A DNA stretch of 64,000 nt from Paraphysomonas bandaiensis (GCA_965644295.1 CBFFRP010000378.1:186001-250000), one strand, 5' to 3'. Shown: positions 11,840-24,342, numbered from the stretch's first letter. Notes: generated by a model from the sequence alone, not told the origin. A program made the numbers and translations.

Positions 11840-13195
11840 ATGGTCATTAGTCAATATGGTAGCGAATGCGGAGGAGAGAAGGAGGATAGAGCTGATGTTC
11901 CATGGTTCGACGAGAGCAACGTTGAACAATGGATCGAAGACTTTGAGACGTTCCTTATGAGAAAGGAGCAGAGTGAGGTGGCTCTAGAAAGGCCACCAGA
12001 GGAAGAGGATTTCGGAATTCAACCCCTGAATAGTCTTGAGACCAAGTCCTACAAAGAAGCGGTGGACAAGTATTGGAAGGCGAATGCAATTGCCTACTCA
12101 TACTGCAGAGAGGCGGTGAAGCGATCTCCGAAGGCGCTGCAGAAGTTTCATCTGAAGCACAAGGAGTTCAAGGCAGCTGAAGGAAGAGTTAATAAGTTCA
12201 GCGCCAGAGAGATGGTTAGCACTCTTAAATCGTGTTTTGAAGGGGGAACACAAAACAAGATTAGTGCTCTGCTTGCTCAGTTTGGATCATTCGAGATGAA
12301 GCCAGGGGAGACCGCGAAAGAGTATGTACTGCGTTTTGAGCTGCTTCTTCGTGAACTTCAGGCGCATAACCAAACGGTAACGGAAGAATCAAAAATTAGT
12401 AGGCTGAAGGAGGGAATTATCAGTGATGAATATGACGGTTTGAATTATGCCCTGTATTTAATGCCCGATGATGTACCATATGAATTGCTATCCAAACGTA
12501 TCGAACAGTTCGACGACACCAAGTATGGGAGGAAAATCATAGAGAAGAAGCGCAAGAGCACGGAGGAGCTGAATCATATTGAAAAGCCTCGAAAGAAAGA
12601 GAGAGTATCTACAAAGAGGAAGTGCACTTATTGCTCGAAGAAAGGTATAATACACAATCATAATACAGAACAATGTAGGAAGAAAAAGGGGGAAACGAAG
12701 GGACAAAGACCGGGCAGTAAGGAATATACAGGATGCAGAGTATGCAAATCCAAAAACCATCGCGCGAACGAATGTCCCCGAAATTCGACTGGAAAGACCA
12801 AGAAACCCCAGAAATCTGGGAAGGTTTTCACATTCGAGAATATCCGCAGAGGAGGAACCGAGTCTGACTCGGAGTCCGAAGCGAATATGCTTTATGACTG
12901 CGCTGTTGATATATATGATAAAAGTGACACATGTTGTATGATTGGTACTGCTGAACACTATACATACATAGATACATGCTGTTCATCATCAATGTTCTTG
13001 ATGAATGATGTGACCATGCTTGACACTCATATGAATACATCAAAGGTGATAAACGGATCTAAGAAGGGATCAGAGATTCATATCACAAGTGTGGGTTCCC
13101 GTGGAGCATGGAGAGACATAGAAATTTCAGATCAGATCAATCGATGCCTGTGCTCCGGACGTAAGCTGAACGAAATGGGCTATCGATTGATCTGA
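11840..13195 (+). CDS. Copia Gag (two CCHC-type zinc knuckles) plus aspartic-protease region, truncated by the fold-back
   Basis: FEMKPGETAKEYVLRFELLLRELQ (Copia gag-like), CTYC...HNTEQC, CRVCKSKNHRANEC, YIDTCCS (variant of the protease D-S/T-G motif), LCSGRKLNEMGY. ATG lies inside the LTR. Confidence 0.8.
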   Translation: MVISQYGSECGGEKEDRADVPWFDESNVEQWIEDFETFLMRKEQSEVALERPPEEEDFGIQPLNSLETKSYKEAVDKYWKANAIAYSYCREAVKRSPKALQKFHLKHKEFKAAEGRVNKFSAREMVSTLKSCFEGGTQNKISALLAQFGSFEMKPGETAKEYVLRFELLLRELQAHNQTVTEESKISRLKEGIISDEYDGLNYALYLMPDDVPYELLSKRIEQFDDTKYGRKIIEKKRKSTEELNHIEKPRKKERVSTKRKCTYCSKKGIIHNHNTEQCRKKKGETKGQRPGSKEYTGCRVCKSKNHRANECPRNSTGKTKKPQKSGKVFTFENIRRGGTESDSESEANMLYDCAVDIYDKSDTCCMIGTAEHYTYIDTCCSSSMFLMNDVTMLDTHMNTSKVINGSKKGSEIHITSVGSRGAWRDIEISDQINRCLCSGRKLNEMGYRLI

Positions 13196-13267
13196 TCTGA
13201 AATTTCTATGTCTCTCCATGCTCCACGGGAACCCACACTTGTGATATGAATCTCTGATCCCTTCTTA
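13060..13267. repeat. 86-bp perfect inverted repeat (13060-13145 / 13182-13267), 36-nt loop
   Basis: 13182-13267 is the exact reverse complement of 13060-13145. Confidence 0.95.
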
Positions 13268-13576
13268 CATGACAACACACACAATTGTGTATACAATCAT
13301 AATAAAGTAATCTATCTAGTTTGACTAACTTAAACTTCTCTTACAACGATCTTAATCATCTGAAAATGGTCATTAGTCAATATAAAGAAACTGTTACTCG
13401 CACGTTCACAACAGGTTGAGTCTACGAGATGCCCGTAATTACTTTTACACTTTAAATCTTCAACAATAGTTATTGTCTGTATTGCTAAGAAAAGGTAAGG
13501 CAGTGCAAATTCTTGAAACAATGAATAACACCCAGCACCCCAATGAAATATAGGAAATATTCCAAAACTAGGCAAA

Positions 13577-14706
13577 CTAGTTCTCCTTCTTCTGTTGCTG
13601 CTTCGCAAGCTTTTCTCTGTATCGGCGGCGGTGATCCTGATATAGTTACCCATATTAGTTGAATCTACAACAACGTAAACGTAACGAACCTCTACTCGTT
13701 TAAGAGCATTTGTAGCAGAAAAGGGGTTAGCCAGGGAGAAAAATTGCAAGACGGTGTGGAACCAGTATCCATTCACTTGCCATAAGTACTTCTTGCCTAA
13801 CTGAGCAAAAGTGCCTTTCACCAAAGCAATAGGCATAGGGGCAAACAATGTTCCTTTTTCCTTGCGATACTTGTTGGAGACAACATATAAAGGCATTACA
13901 ACGAGTATGTCGATTCCAGTACTAAGATACTCCATGTGCATTGATCGGGAGAACTGAGTCATGAATGCCCTGCAACAAGACAACAAAACATAAGACAGAT
14001 AAAACAGCATCTACATAAATATGAAATCTCACTTTGTCGCAGAGTAAATACTGATATAAGGCGATGGTAGGTTGCCGGAACCAGACGACACGTTCACAAT
14101 GGCACCAATGCCCTTCGGCTCCATGTATCGCAGAACAGTGCGGCTCATAAATATAGTGGAGTCGATGTTGCAATTAACCATATCAGAGCATTCTTTATCT
14201 GTAAGCTCTTGCAGTTTCTGAGGATATTGGTTTGCAATTCCAACATTATTAATTAGTAAGCCCAGACCACCCTCTTTGTCCATCTTTCCGCACTCTTCAT
14301 CTAATTTCTTGTAAAATTTCTCTCTTGCCGGGCCCATATCTGTGAAATCATATGCAATGTATCGAACATCAGTCTTATACATCTCTTTAATTTCAGTCGC
14401 CTGTTCTTTCAATTTATCCTCTGAGCGTGATATGAGCATGACTGAAACACCTCTCTTGGCAAGATAGTCCGCATATTCTTTCCCTATTCCAGAAGTTGAT
14501 CCTATATAAAATATCTTCATATAACTACAACTGTATTACTATCTCTTTCATATACCTGTAACTATAGCCCATTTTCCATATTTTAGTGGGTGTTTAGCAG
14601 GTTTAATGAATCTCCTGTAGATCCCTAAACACAGTCTCCATAACAAGACTGCGATAGTAAGAACACCAATATAATGAGCACACTGTGATAGAATACATGA
14701 TGACAT
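13577..14706 (-). CDS. KCR1: Very-long-chain 3-oxoacyl-CoA reductase (17beta-HSD12/KCR-like SDR), 4 exons
   Basis: N-terminal TM, KYGKWAIVTG|STSGIG Rossmann motif, LINNVG, NVSSGS, catalytic YSATK. The last spliced exon DHRRRYREKLAKQQQKKEN* ends in a KKxx ER-retrieval signal. Confidence 0.9.
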
Positions 14707-15559
14707 GTTTATTTTATGAATTAAATAATTAATTGTATCAATATATTGATATGTGTGTAGATGATTATGTATATATGAATCCTTAGGAGGTCACAGCATG
14801 TTAATTACGTGTACCTCGACTGCTGTATGTATATATATATGCATATACTAGTTAATGTACTTTTACCTATACAAAAAATAGTTCCATTTCATAGCCATTC
14901 CATACATTCCATCAGTGGTGTATGTAGTGGTGTCTGTATACAGTATACTGTATATACAGAGTGTAGTATGGAGATATTTCACAGATAAAACATCCAGTTT
15001 TTAGTAAAAATTAGAGTTTTATTTACAGTGTCCCAAATTTTTAACTATATGGGTACTCTGCTATGGTCTTGAGGTCGTGTAGAAACCCAGCAAATCTATA
15101 GAAACAGCCGTGTATAGCAGTATATAGCGTGCGTGTAGATACATCATACCACACATGCCATGTAGAGGATATTTACATACCAATCCACAGCACATGCTTA
15201 CATGCCAGTAATATACGTACACCAATCTCTCTCGTGCATAAAGGCTCCCCTCTCACATCACACAAGTCTCCTATCTATCTACTGACAATTATACATACGA
15301 AAATACAGCTATTTATATATAGAATACAGTTGCTAGTGGTATTAACAGTGTGATATACGCATAGATCACTGCACTGAACGATTGTCATTAAACATCACTG
15401 ATTGGATAACTCGAATTGAAGTGATCAGATTGAAGTGATCTGATTGGACGACAGATAGTGAAGTGAGTTCTGTGGTGTATATATACATATATAATGATAT
15501 CATATGACACATATAGGCATATAGGCATATAGAGCCCTCTATTCATACATAACAATCAC

Positions 15560-18434
15560 ATGAAAAGACCTTTAAAACCTCCCAAACCTCTTCCGAAACC
15601 ATCTTCCACACCATCCCCTCTGGAGACATCTTCATCACCACCTCAGACGGCTGCAGAACATCCATCTCCTCTACTAAACACGCCTGTATCATCCATAGAG
15701 TCTCCATCACCATTAAACTATGATAAACGATCATATTCTAGTAACCCTCCATCTCCATCGAAACGAATCCAGTTGAATGATGAAACTGACAGTCAGAGGA
15801 CACAGCCTGATAGGCTGCAGCCTCTAGATAGCTCTACACAGACCTCTACAATAGATTCCAATACATACACTACACATACTGATCGTATAGAAGAGAATAG
15901 TATCACAGACAATTCTCAATCTTCTCGTAAGACAAAATTTCTTTCACCAGAACATTGGCAGAAACCGACCCGTCCTCCTGTTGGCACTTCGTCACGCCCT
16001 TCTTATAACTCCTATAAGTATGAGCTCTCTCTGTCCGCTGATCCTCAGGGTGATGATGCTAGGGAAGATAGCGGAGGACGGAACCCCAGTCCTGCCCTTG
16101 GTGGCATTCATGGGGTTGATACTGATTCACTCCGCCTCCACATGTATCATAAGATTCATTATGGCGATGAATGGATGTTTATGACCGTTCTGATGCATGC
16201 TGTGCAGTTTTCAATTTTGATTACAATAGGCTATGCAGCACTTAACACTGTTGCATTTACGGTTCTGCTCTTTCTAGTTCTGCTTGTTATTTTATTATTG
16301 GGTCTTTCTCGATACTTCACTGTAAAACTTCCTCGGAGTCTTGATTGGTCGTACAAGACTATCCGTACCCCTGATCAAGAAACTGACATCGTGTCCGACA
16401 GTGTTATCTACTTGCTATCTGCCGCCGCTATCCTTGAGGGCGGGGCTTATGCTTTGTATCCTACGGCGTCAGCGGGGTATGATGAAGGAGTTATAAACCA
16501 GACTGGGTTTAGGTTTGTGATTGAGTTTTTTGTCTTCTTGTCATTGATATCTCCTCGTATAATTTCAGATCCTATGAAACACTATCTCAAACGCTCAGCT
16601 TTGCCTCCATCGTATTATTTGGCTTCCATAGAATATTAAGACCTTCCAACAGGCTTGACCCTCTCCGTACTGTATTCGAGGTATGTCGTGGTGTCGTAAA
16701 AATATTATTGTTACTGTTGTGTAGACATGTAATTGTGCATATTTTTAGTTAGAGATCGTGTCCATATGCTGGGATGCCCTCGATGGATCGTCTCTCTACG
16801 AGTTGATCAGTGCAAGTGTTATATCGCCATCGTTTGACACAAGCGCTCGGTTTCTCATGTGTTTTTGGTATCTATCTATTGGCCTACGTCTGGCGATGAT
16901 GTACTGTGCTCATTTAACGCCCACCACATACATATACCGCCACCTACTTTCCCCCGCATTGTCTTGGTCACCTGAGCCCACTGTGGACAGGACATTGTCC
17001 AGCATTTACTTCAGAGCATTTATCACCCTGATGATGTCATTTCCTCAGTTTTTTGCTGCCGGGCTCCGTATATCGCTGTGGAACAGAGGAGAATTGAGCT
17101 CTCTACAGCAAGAAATGATGGCCAAGAATATCCTTTTCTTGATACCTGCAGGAAGTGCTATTTTCACGCGCATGATGGTTAAGGGCCGGTACTGGAACAC
17201 AAGACAGCTATTGGTCGGAACAATACCATATCTGAATATCAAACTCAACATCATAAAACCATCAAGACAGTTTCAGATAGAAGTTCTACGCTACACTTTT
17301 GTCGTGACGTATTTGATTACTGGAGCTATGTTTTCATCGTTGCTGACCCATGTCACTGAAAGCTCAACTTTGTGGGTAAATAACGTGGCATCAGATGTCA
17401 TTTTATGTGCCATATTCTTACTACTCTGTCGAGCCGTGCATAAGCCTAAGGTCAGCAGTCTAAAGCCTGAACAAGTTAATCTAAGCATGACATAAAACAG
17501 GTTTGGATATTATTTCCACTCAAGTTGGCACTGGTGCTTGGAATAGTCATGTTCCTAAATTTGTATGTTGCTCGAATTCCAGCGATTTATAGGTAAACGA
17601 TTTATAGTTAGCACTGACGTTGCAGTTTCTTATATGAGTGATTAGGAATGTAAACGACATGGAGGAAGATGGGGAGACTTGGAGTTATAACAACGCATTG
17701 CTTATTGTACTTATTTCTATTGTTCCGATTTCCACGTACGCCTTGTTTTGGGCAGTATGTAACATGGTGTTCCACGCCGAGTTCACAGCTTGTCCAGAGA
17801 AGTAAGTCATTTGTTATGTGTATCTTATTTGTAATATATCGCAGTTACAATGCTGTTCATGATCCCGCGATTACTTTGGTGTCTTCTGCGACAATGCTGG
17901 AAGGTGCTTTAGATATAATATCCTGTGCTTCGCTTTTATCGCTGGCACAGATGGAAAATGTATGTCTCTGTTGTGAGAAGTGTAGGTCTCACCTCTTTTT
18001 TGTAGCTCCCAGATTATATGGATGGCGCTGTAATTTTCTTTGCCTTCATGGAAATAGTCAATGCATGCCAGTGTTTTGTCCTGCAGGTGCTGTTATCAGC
18101 GGGTTATGACGACACTCCAGCTCATTTAGTTCGATGGCGTGCCAATTTGCGACTGGGAAGAGGGGTTATTGATTTGGGAACATTCGCTCTTCGGCTTGCT
18201 CTTTGGATACAATTCAACGCTGTTACTAGTGTGTTTTTAGTCAAAAATTTGTATAATATTTTGCACACTATCAGTTTAGTGGAGAGAGGAAAAGGCGTAG
18301 AAAATTATCGCAAAGATGCTCTCTTTATGCAATACGTGCGACCAAAAGACTGGTATGGAATGAATCAAGACGAATGGAGAGAGGCTACAAGGGAAAGTCT
18401 ACCGGAGCAAGCGCAGTCGGGCCGAGCAGTGTAA
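15560..18434 (+). CDS. Multi-exon multipass membrane protein with a Pro/Ser-rich N-terminus and two TMEM121/CECR6-like repeats
   Basis: ORFs 15560, 16758, 17669 and 18018 are separated by short GT-AG introns. Many TM helices. Duplicated motifs ALDGSSLYEL...LRISLW...MMAKNILF and ALDIISCASLL...LRLALW...FLVKNLYN. Family call is by recall. Confidence 0.6.
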
Positions 18435-20066
18435 ATTATAGATCGTAGCCTTATATGCAATGTAGTCATCCGTCCTACTTAACAGTGCTTTTTGTGTTGT
18501 TGGCAAGTACTCTAGAAACAATGATATAGCATAAAAAGGTCATTGCCAATTGTATGTGCCCGGAATCGACGCCGCTGTTTGGTGTTTAATTCCAAACAGG
18601 GTTTTGCCAATTAATACAACAAATATTATGCACGACTAGCGACTGTACCCTGCAACATGTATTAGTGATATACTTACACTTGCTATTCTACTCAAAATTA
18701 ATTAAAATAGCATTATTTATAGAGAAATGAAGTATTAAATATAATCGTTGACTATTTTAATAGTCGCTGATAGTTGGCTGCAATGTGCATTTTATATAGT
18801 GTTACAATTAGAATCCAGATTCATTACTCGGAAACATAGTAGCAGTTTAATACTAAATACTATTGCTTAGTCGATTTCTCTCCACTGAAACAACAATTTG
18901 AAACATCAATATCATCTGAACAAAACATATATTCAAACGATTCTCAACATATAAAACGTAATATTATTCTCCAAGATATAGACAAGAAGGTATTCACTGA
19001 ATTTTATAATACTACAACACTATGATATAAAATCCTTCCAAAAATTGATAACATCGGAACTGTTAAACACTGTCGAATCAAAATCTCTTTTGAGCCGTTA
19101 TTGATCGATATATCTCATAATAACCATCATGGAAACAATACGTCCAAAATAATACAACATTCGATCCATTGAATACCGAAATATCATACACCTTATGTCG
19201 ATCACTGACACATATACACATGGGAGCTCTAAATTGGACATATCAGCCTTTGCAATATGCTGCTTACACCCTCTATATATATAGAAAGATAAACAGACAT
19301 ATCCATATCCTCTCTTGCTCTTTGCCCTTCCTCTTCGCCGTTTTAGGCGATGAATCTTGGGCTAGCAATTCCTCTATCGGAGGAGCCTTGCCTCTTTTAC
19401 TATCCATCATAATATTATAATATCCCCATTTTGACTCAAAAAAAGCTTTTTTTGACCTGATTTTGTCTCAACAGGGCGCTCATATCAGCACCGGGCAAAT
19501 ATAGACATTCAACTTCAATATTCGGTTCAACAGAAGCTCACTTCTATCCTAAGTATGATAATGACAGTCGTATGTATGTGATTCAATTATAGTACACAAT
19601 TATAGAGAAACCACAATCATGAGCCAAATATCAAGAGCAGATCATCTAACACTCCAGGTTATATTCCATCCTTCGACTTCTGTAGAAGATCACAACGATG
19701 TCAGTGCAAGCGATCTATCTTCATAACCAGAACTTCATAACAACTTCAAGAATGTTTCAGGAGATTTTAAGTGCCATATCTGATGCTGTACAGGTGGTTA
19801 AGGGCAGTGGCACCCAGTTCTTTCAGAATTTGTATGTCTCATATCATACTCATACACGCATCATTTTAAGAATATATATATGCGACATATACGAACACTG
19901 ATTCATAGTGAATACAGCAGATGGTTATGAGATGACTATGACAGATATATATACAGTATATACTATTAGATATAGTACTACAGGCAGCATACACATTTCG
20001 TAGTACATACCTCTGCATCATGCTTGTGCGTACAGGTATACTGTATAGCGACATACAGCAGTACGG

Positions 20067-20463
20067 TACATACATACATACATACATACATACATACATA
20101 CATACATACATACATACATACATACATACATACATACATACATACATACATACATACATACATACATACATACATACATACATACATACATACATACATA
20201 CATACATACATACATACATACATACATACATACATACATACATACATACATACATACATACATACATACATACATACATACATACATACATACATACATA
20301 CATACATACATACATACATACATACATACATACATACATACACACATACATACATACATACATACATACATACATACATACATACATACATACATACATA
20401 CATACATACATACATACATACATACATACATACATACATACATACATACATACATACATACAT
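20067..20463 (+). repeat. (TACA)n microsatellite, ~99 units, with a short satellite at 20543-20570
   Basis: Directly visible; one CACA variant unit near 20341. Confidence 0.99.
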
Positions 20464-20673
20464 CAGTGTCTCTATGTATATACGGTATATCCATATGAGA
20501 TATGCATAGTGCATTAACATTAAGATGGATTACGCATATATCCATACATACATACATACATACATACATACTTTAACATCTCTTTCAATTCATCTTATAT
20601 ATCTCATGTATTAAATAAACAAGTACTTATGCTGATATAAACAAACTATAACTGTATTTAGTATATCTCATCT

Positions 20674-21213
20674 ATGTCTCATCATACTGAAGTAGCTGCT
20701 GTTAGCTCTGTATTAGATAGCAACAGTGATATACATGATCCTGATATTAAATCTAAAGAATTCATTGATCAGAAAAATAAATCAAAATATATAAAAGAAA
20801 ATATTTCAGTTAATAGAATACAAAATTATCGTAAACGATCTACAGAAGAGTTTCTTAATACTGATGAGAGAAGAAATGCAGCTGATATTATTATCAAACG
20901 AGCACGAGATTATAAAATTGCTTTTGATACGGTTGAAAATGAATGTTCCCGTGATCCAACCTTAGTCGGATCAATTGCACAAGTAATGCATGCCTCTCAA
21001 GCGATAACAGATGGTAGTGAATGTAAAATTGAAACTTTACTACCATCGGCATTCATTGCGGCGGAAAATCTTCTACTGATGGAAGAAGCCATGCGCAATT
21101 TGACTGATTGTGGTGTACCTGGTTTGATACCGCTTGAATTGTCTCGGCGAGTATTGGATGCAGACATCGAAGATTCAAAAGAAATTGTTGTTACTGCTGA
21201 CTGCGACAGATGA
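20674..21213 (+). CDS. Hypothetical protein (may extend to ~21312 via a 49-nt intron)
   Basis: 179-aa ORF with protein-like helical composition downstream of a promoter-like microsatellite. No family recognised. Confidence 0.45.
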   Translation: MSHHTEVAAVSSVLDSNSDIHDPDIKSKEFIDQKNKSKYIKENISVNRIQNYRKRSTEEFLNTDERRNAADIIIKRARDYKIAFDTVENECSRDPTLVGSIAQVMHASQAITDGSECKIETLLPSAFIAAENLLLMEEAMRNLTDCGVPGLIPLELSRRVLDADIEDSKEIVVTADCDR

Positions 21214-21879
21214 AGCAAGACTTCATTTGTATTCACACTGGTATATTCAGCAATTACAACAAGTAAATTTGGAAACTGACCTTTGTATAGACGTTTTGAA
21301 CGCTAGTAGCTAGACCTCCCGGTGTTGTTTGTGTTGGTATGGGGGGATTGTATTATATAATTAATATTTATACTTATTACATTACTGAACAGGTATACCC
21401 CACAATACCACAAGACTAGAAGTACTAATTACCACCACAATCATTACCATACGATCTTATCTTATACAGTCAAATTTCAGTTTCCCTATTATTATTCCTA
21501 TCATCTCAATAGTCCATGTTGTTAATTGTTAATCACTACTATATTGTTCGTGGAACGGTCAAAGTTCAAATACCTTAGAATAACAGCTTTCAAACAGCAA
21601 AACTCATCATACGAAACTCTAAATACCTGCATACAATCATACTGACCAACTGACGAATAGTAGAGCTAGTGGTATGTAGAGTAGCTTCCTCTCTTTCCAA
21701 CGTTGTGTCTATGTGAATATTAGCACTTTCAGTCAAGAGATTCAAAACCTGATGACTGATGCCAGTATTGCAATTTAAACGCAATCACCATATTATTACG
21801 AAGAATCGAGACATAGACAACAAATAACAACTTAAATTCAAACCTATATTCTATAAGATATTTCTACATATCAAGTTTT

Positions 21880-23676
21880 CTAAATTTTTCGCATACGAGT
21901 GACTGGGAGATTTTGTTCACGGTCAATGACGAAATCTTGAAGAATTTTACACTGGGATGAATCCAAATAGTGGAGGATGCAAAATTCAAGCACTTGAGTT
22001 TCTGTGGAGATGCCGTTATCGTGTAATTCAAACACAACTGTATTTACGCTGCCACTTGGCTGTATATGATCGATACTCAAGCTAAATAATACTGGAGTAT
22101 CATCAAAGCACTTATACTGATCTTCTGTAGCGGCAGCATTGAAAGTGCTATTGAAATCTGGTCGTCTGGGTAGAGTCAGTGCCATATTGAAAATATCTAA
22201 CATAATATTCTGCCATGTCTCGCCAGTATGTGCACTCATCATCAAGCTACTGTGTGCTTTCGCAGCTTCCATAGTAATTCGAGAAGCTACTAGCATTTGC
22301 AATGCGCATTCAAACTCATGTTTGGTTCTATACGTTAGTACCGGATCGGGAAAAGAATCATACGAATCGTTGAATGCTGGTAATCCAAAGTCAGCACTCT
22401 CCGCACAGAGAATCATATCCTCCTCTAAATCCCACGGACAAAACGAGATAGCTACACTGTCAAGCAAAGTGGATTCAACAAGCGACGTTATTGAACTGAA
22501 TGGGAAGGAGTCAATGTGTATATCTGCAGCAATGTGGTACATTGCAGACGTGGCACCATCAACTGAATCCAAAAAAGTTACTTGAGACATGTTCACTCGT
22601 TTATCCTCGCATCGCTGTCTCCACACATCAGGAACGCCAATTGCAACTAAGCGAACAAACTTTGAATGCAACAAGGCTGGAATAATCATATCGATGTAGT
22701 CTGTCTGCTCCCCATACTTGTAAGGTGCAGCCATAGTTAGCAACACTGTATCGTGATCGCTGAAGCCTAGTACACGCCGACAATCTAATTTATCACGTAT
22801 TGGGGACATGAAATTACTCGCTGGTAGTGGCATTTTTAGATTTCTTTCGTTAGCAATTCCGCGCCGTGTTGACAGCCGTCGCGCAGCCTCACGATAGACA
22901 AGTCGCACATCCAGTACCGTGCTGCCGACCCACGGCAAGTGATCAGAGTGATCAAATAACGCCACAGGAGGGCCACTGTATCCAGCACCAAACGCCAATA
23001 AATGATCTTCGCAGAAATTATGAGTATGAAGAATAACTAAATCGAACTCTATAGCGAAATCTCTTAGCTGCTGAGCGCAGGCTAATCCATGAATGCTGCA
23101 TTGAGTGACACTTCCTCGCAAATTCGACAGACTGCTGTACCTAATAATATCTGGTACATCATGATAACTGTTTGTTATAAATACCGACTGTTCCAACTGA
23201 GGGAGAAATTCAAAGAAACTGATGAGTACTCGAGTATGTCCTCCGCTGGGATAAAATTCAGTTCCAACATGTAATATTTTTCGTACAGTTGGTGTTTGTG
23301 GTGCAATATATTCCCGTTTTTCTAAATGATTATCTGCAATGTGCCAGAGATAACCTTCCAGTTCTGGGCTCCAGAGATTATTAAATCCCCATACTTTTGT
23401 TGCACTGTGCTGTATTAGATGAATTGCCCGATCCAAATGACCATGCCGATAGCAATCCATTGACCTCCGTACAAAGGGATTTATCCCATCTTGTTGTTCA
23501 GGATATAAATTTGCAAATGTATCGTATATCCACTCTTTGTGAGGTTGGAATAAGTTGCTATCTGTTGTATGTCTGCTGTTCCTCTCAAACATACACCACA
23601 ATCCATGTGACTCATTGATGCCATTGACAATACCACATGCAAGAAAAAGAGTAATCAATAGTATGGGATACATCAT
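21880..23676 (-). CDS. GT-B fold (GT4-like) glycosyltransferase with signal peptide, intronless, bacterial-like core
   Basis: ILHVGTEFYPSGGHTR, DLVILHTH, PPVALFDHSDHLPWVG, RRVLGF...VLLTMAAPYKY, AADIHIDSFPFSSITSLVES. Hydrophobic N-terminus. Confidence 0.75.
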   Translation of the reverse strand: MMYPILLITLFLACGIVNGINESHGLWCMFERNSRHTTDSNLFQPHKEWIYDTFANLYPEQQDGINPFVRRSMDCYRHGHLDRAIHLIQHSATKVWGFNNLWSPELEGYLWHIADNHLEKREYIAPQTPTVRKILHVGTEFYPSGGHTRVLISFFEFLPQLEQSVFITNSYHDVPDIIRYSSLSNLRGSVTQCSIHGLACAQQLRDFAIEFDLVILHTHNFCEDHLLAFGAGYSGPPVALFDHSDHLPWVGSTVLDVRLVYREAARRLSTRRGIANERNLKMPLPASNFMSPIRDKLDCRRVLGFSDHDTVLLTMAAPYKYGEQTDYIDMIIPALLHSKFVRLVAIGVPDVWRQRCEDKRVNMSQVTFLDSVDGATSAMYHIAADIHIDSFPFSSITSLVESTLLDSVAISFCPWDLEEDMILCAESADFGLPAFNDSYDSFPDPVLTYRTKHEFECALQMLVASRITMEAAKAHSSLMMSAHTGETWQNIMLDIFNMALTLPRRPDFNSTFNAAATEDQYKCFDDTPVLFSLSIDHIQPSGSVNTVVFELHDNGISTETQVLEFCILHYLDSSQCKILQDFVIDREQNLPVTRMRKI

Positions 23677-24186
23677 TCGATCAATCAGAACTATTTCAAA
23701 CAGTTAAAATTATGGTGCAGATGTGGAGACACTCCAATGCACTAATTAAGAGTCATATGAGCAACCTGCTTTCCCAACTGTCCAAAATACTCGTAAAGAA
23801 AGTATCGTGCATAAAAAGCCGGATTTTACAAAAAAAATGGAGTTTACAGAGATACAGAAAGCAAAATATTAAGACAGACAGTGTAGTGTACACAGTGCTG
23901 CACATACAGTACACTGTACAGATAGCGACTCTGAAAAATAGGGAAATATGTCAAAAAACTAGATTTAATACTCTATAAACCATGTATTTTTGTGTGCTAC
24001 ATTTTCTACTACAGACACTGCTGCATATATATATATATATGTATGTATGTATGTACTCACATGTAGAGCTCTATACATTAAATAGTCTTCCCATTCCACA
24101 TCAGATAAATCCCTTCCATTGTCATCATGCAAGATACGTACACTCCTATTTCTCTCATCTCATATCTCTTACTATAACAATCCACT

Positions 24187-24342
24187 CATACATACATACA
24201 CAGTCATAGTTTACACACACATACATACACATACATACATACATACATACATACATACATACATACATACACATACATACATACACAGTCATAGTTTACA
24301 TACACAGTCATAGTTTACACACATATACACATACATACATAC
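24187..24342 (+). repeat. Compound (CATA)n microsatellite with three copies of acagtcatagtttacac/t, ending at the ATG of the next gene
   Basis: Directly visible. Confidence 0.9.

Larger units (their letters stand above)
11537..13382 (+). mobile_element. Ty1/Copia LTR retrotransposon, internally deleted (5' LTR, PBS, gag, protease, then truncated 3' LTR)
   Basis: 5-bp TSD taaag (11532-11536 and 13383-13387). 5' LTR 11537-11856 (tgttgg...tcaata). PBS tggtagcg at 11857, like the Ty1 tRNA-iMet PBS TGGTAGCGCC. 13265-13382 is an exact copy of LTR segment 11739-11856. Confidence 0.9.

Noticed and set aside
13330-13690. Long C-terminal extension of ORF 13330..14010 running into the LTR
   Set aside because: An intron (~13637-13689) gives the family-typical KKEN* end at 13577; the extension is unspliced read-through.
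18900-19860. Coding-like fragments on the minus strand
   Set aside because: Stops in all frames and no recognisable family; no gene model can be supported.
19866-20569. ORFs of MYVC/YIHT repeats on both strands (also 29903-30529)
   Set aside because: Translation artefacts of stop-free TACA/TATG microsatellites.
21190-21330. In-frame TGA codons after ORF 20674 suggesting selenocysteine or readthrough
   Set aside because: No redox motif or SECIS recognised. TGA is a normal stop elsewhere in the window, and an intron explains the continuation equally well.
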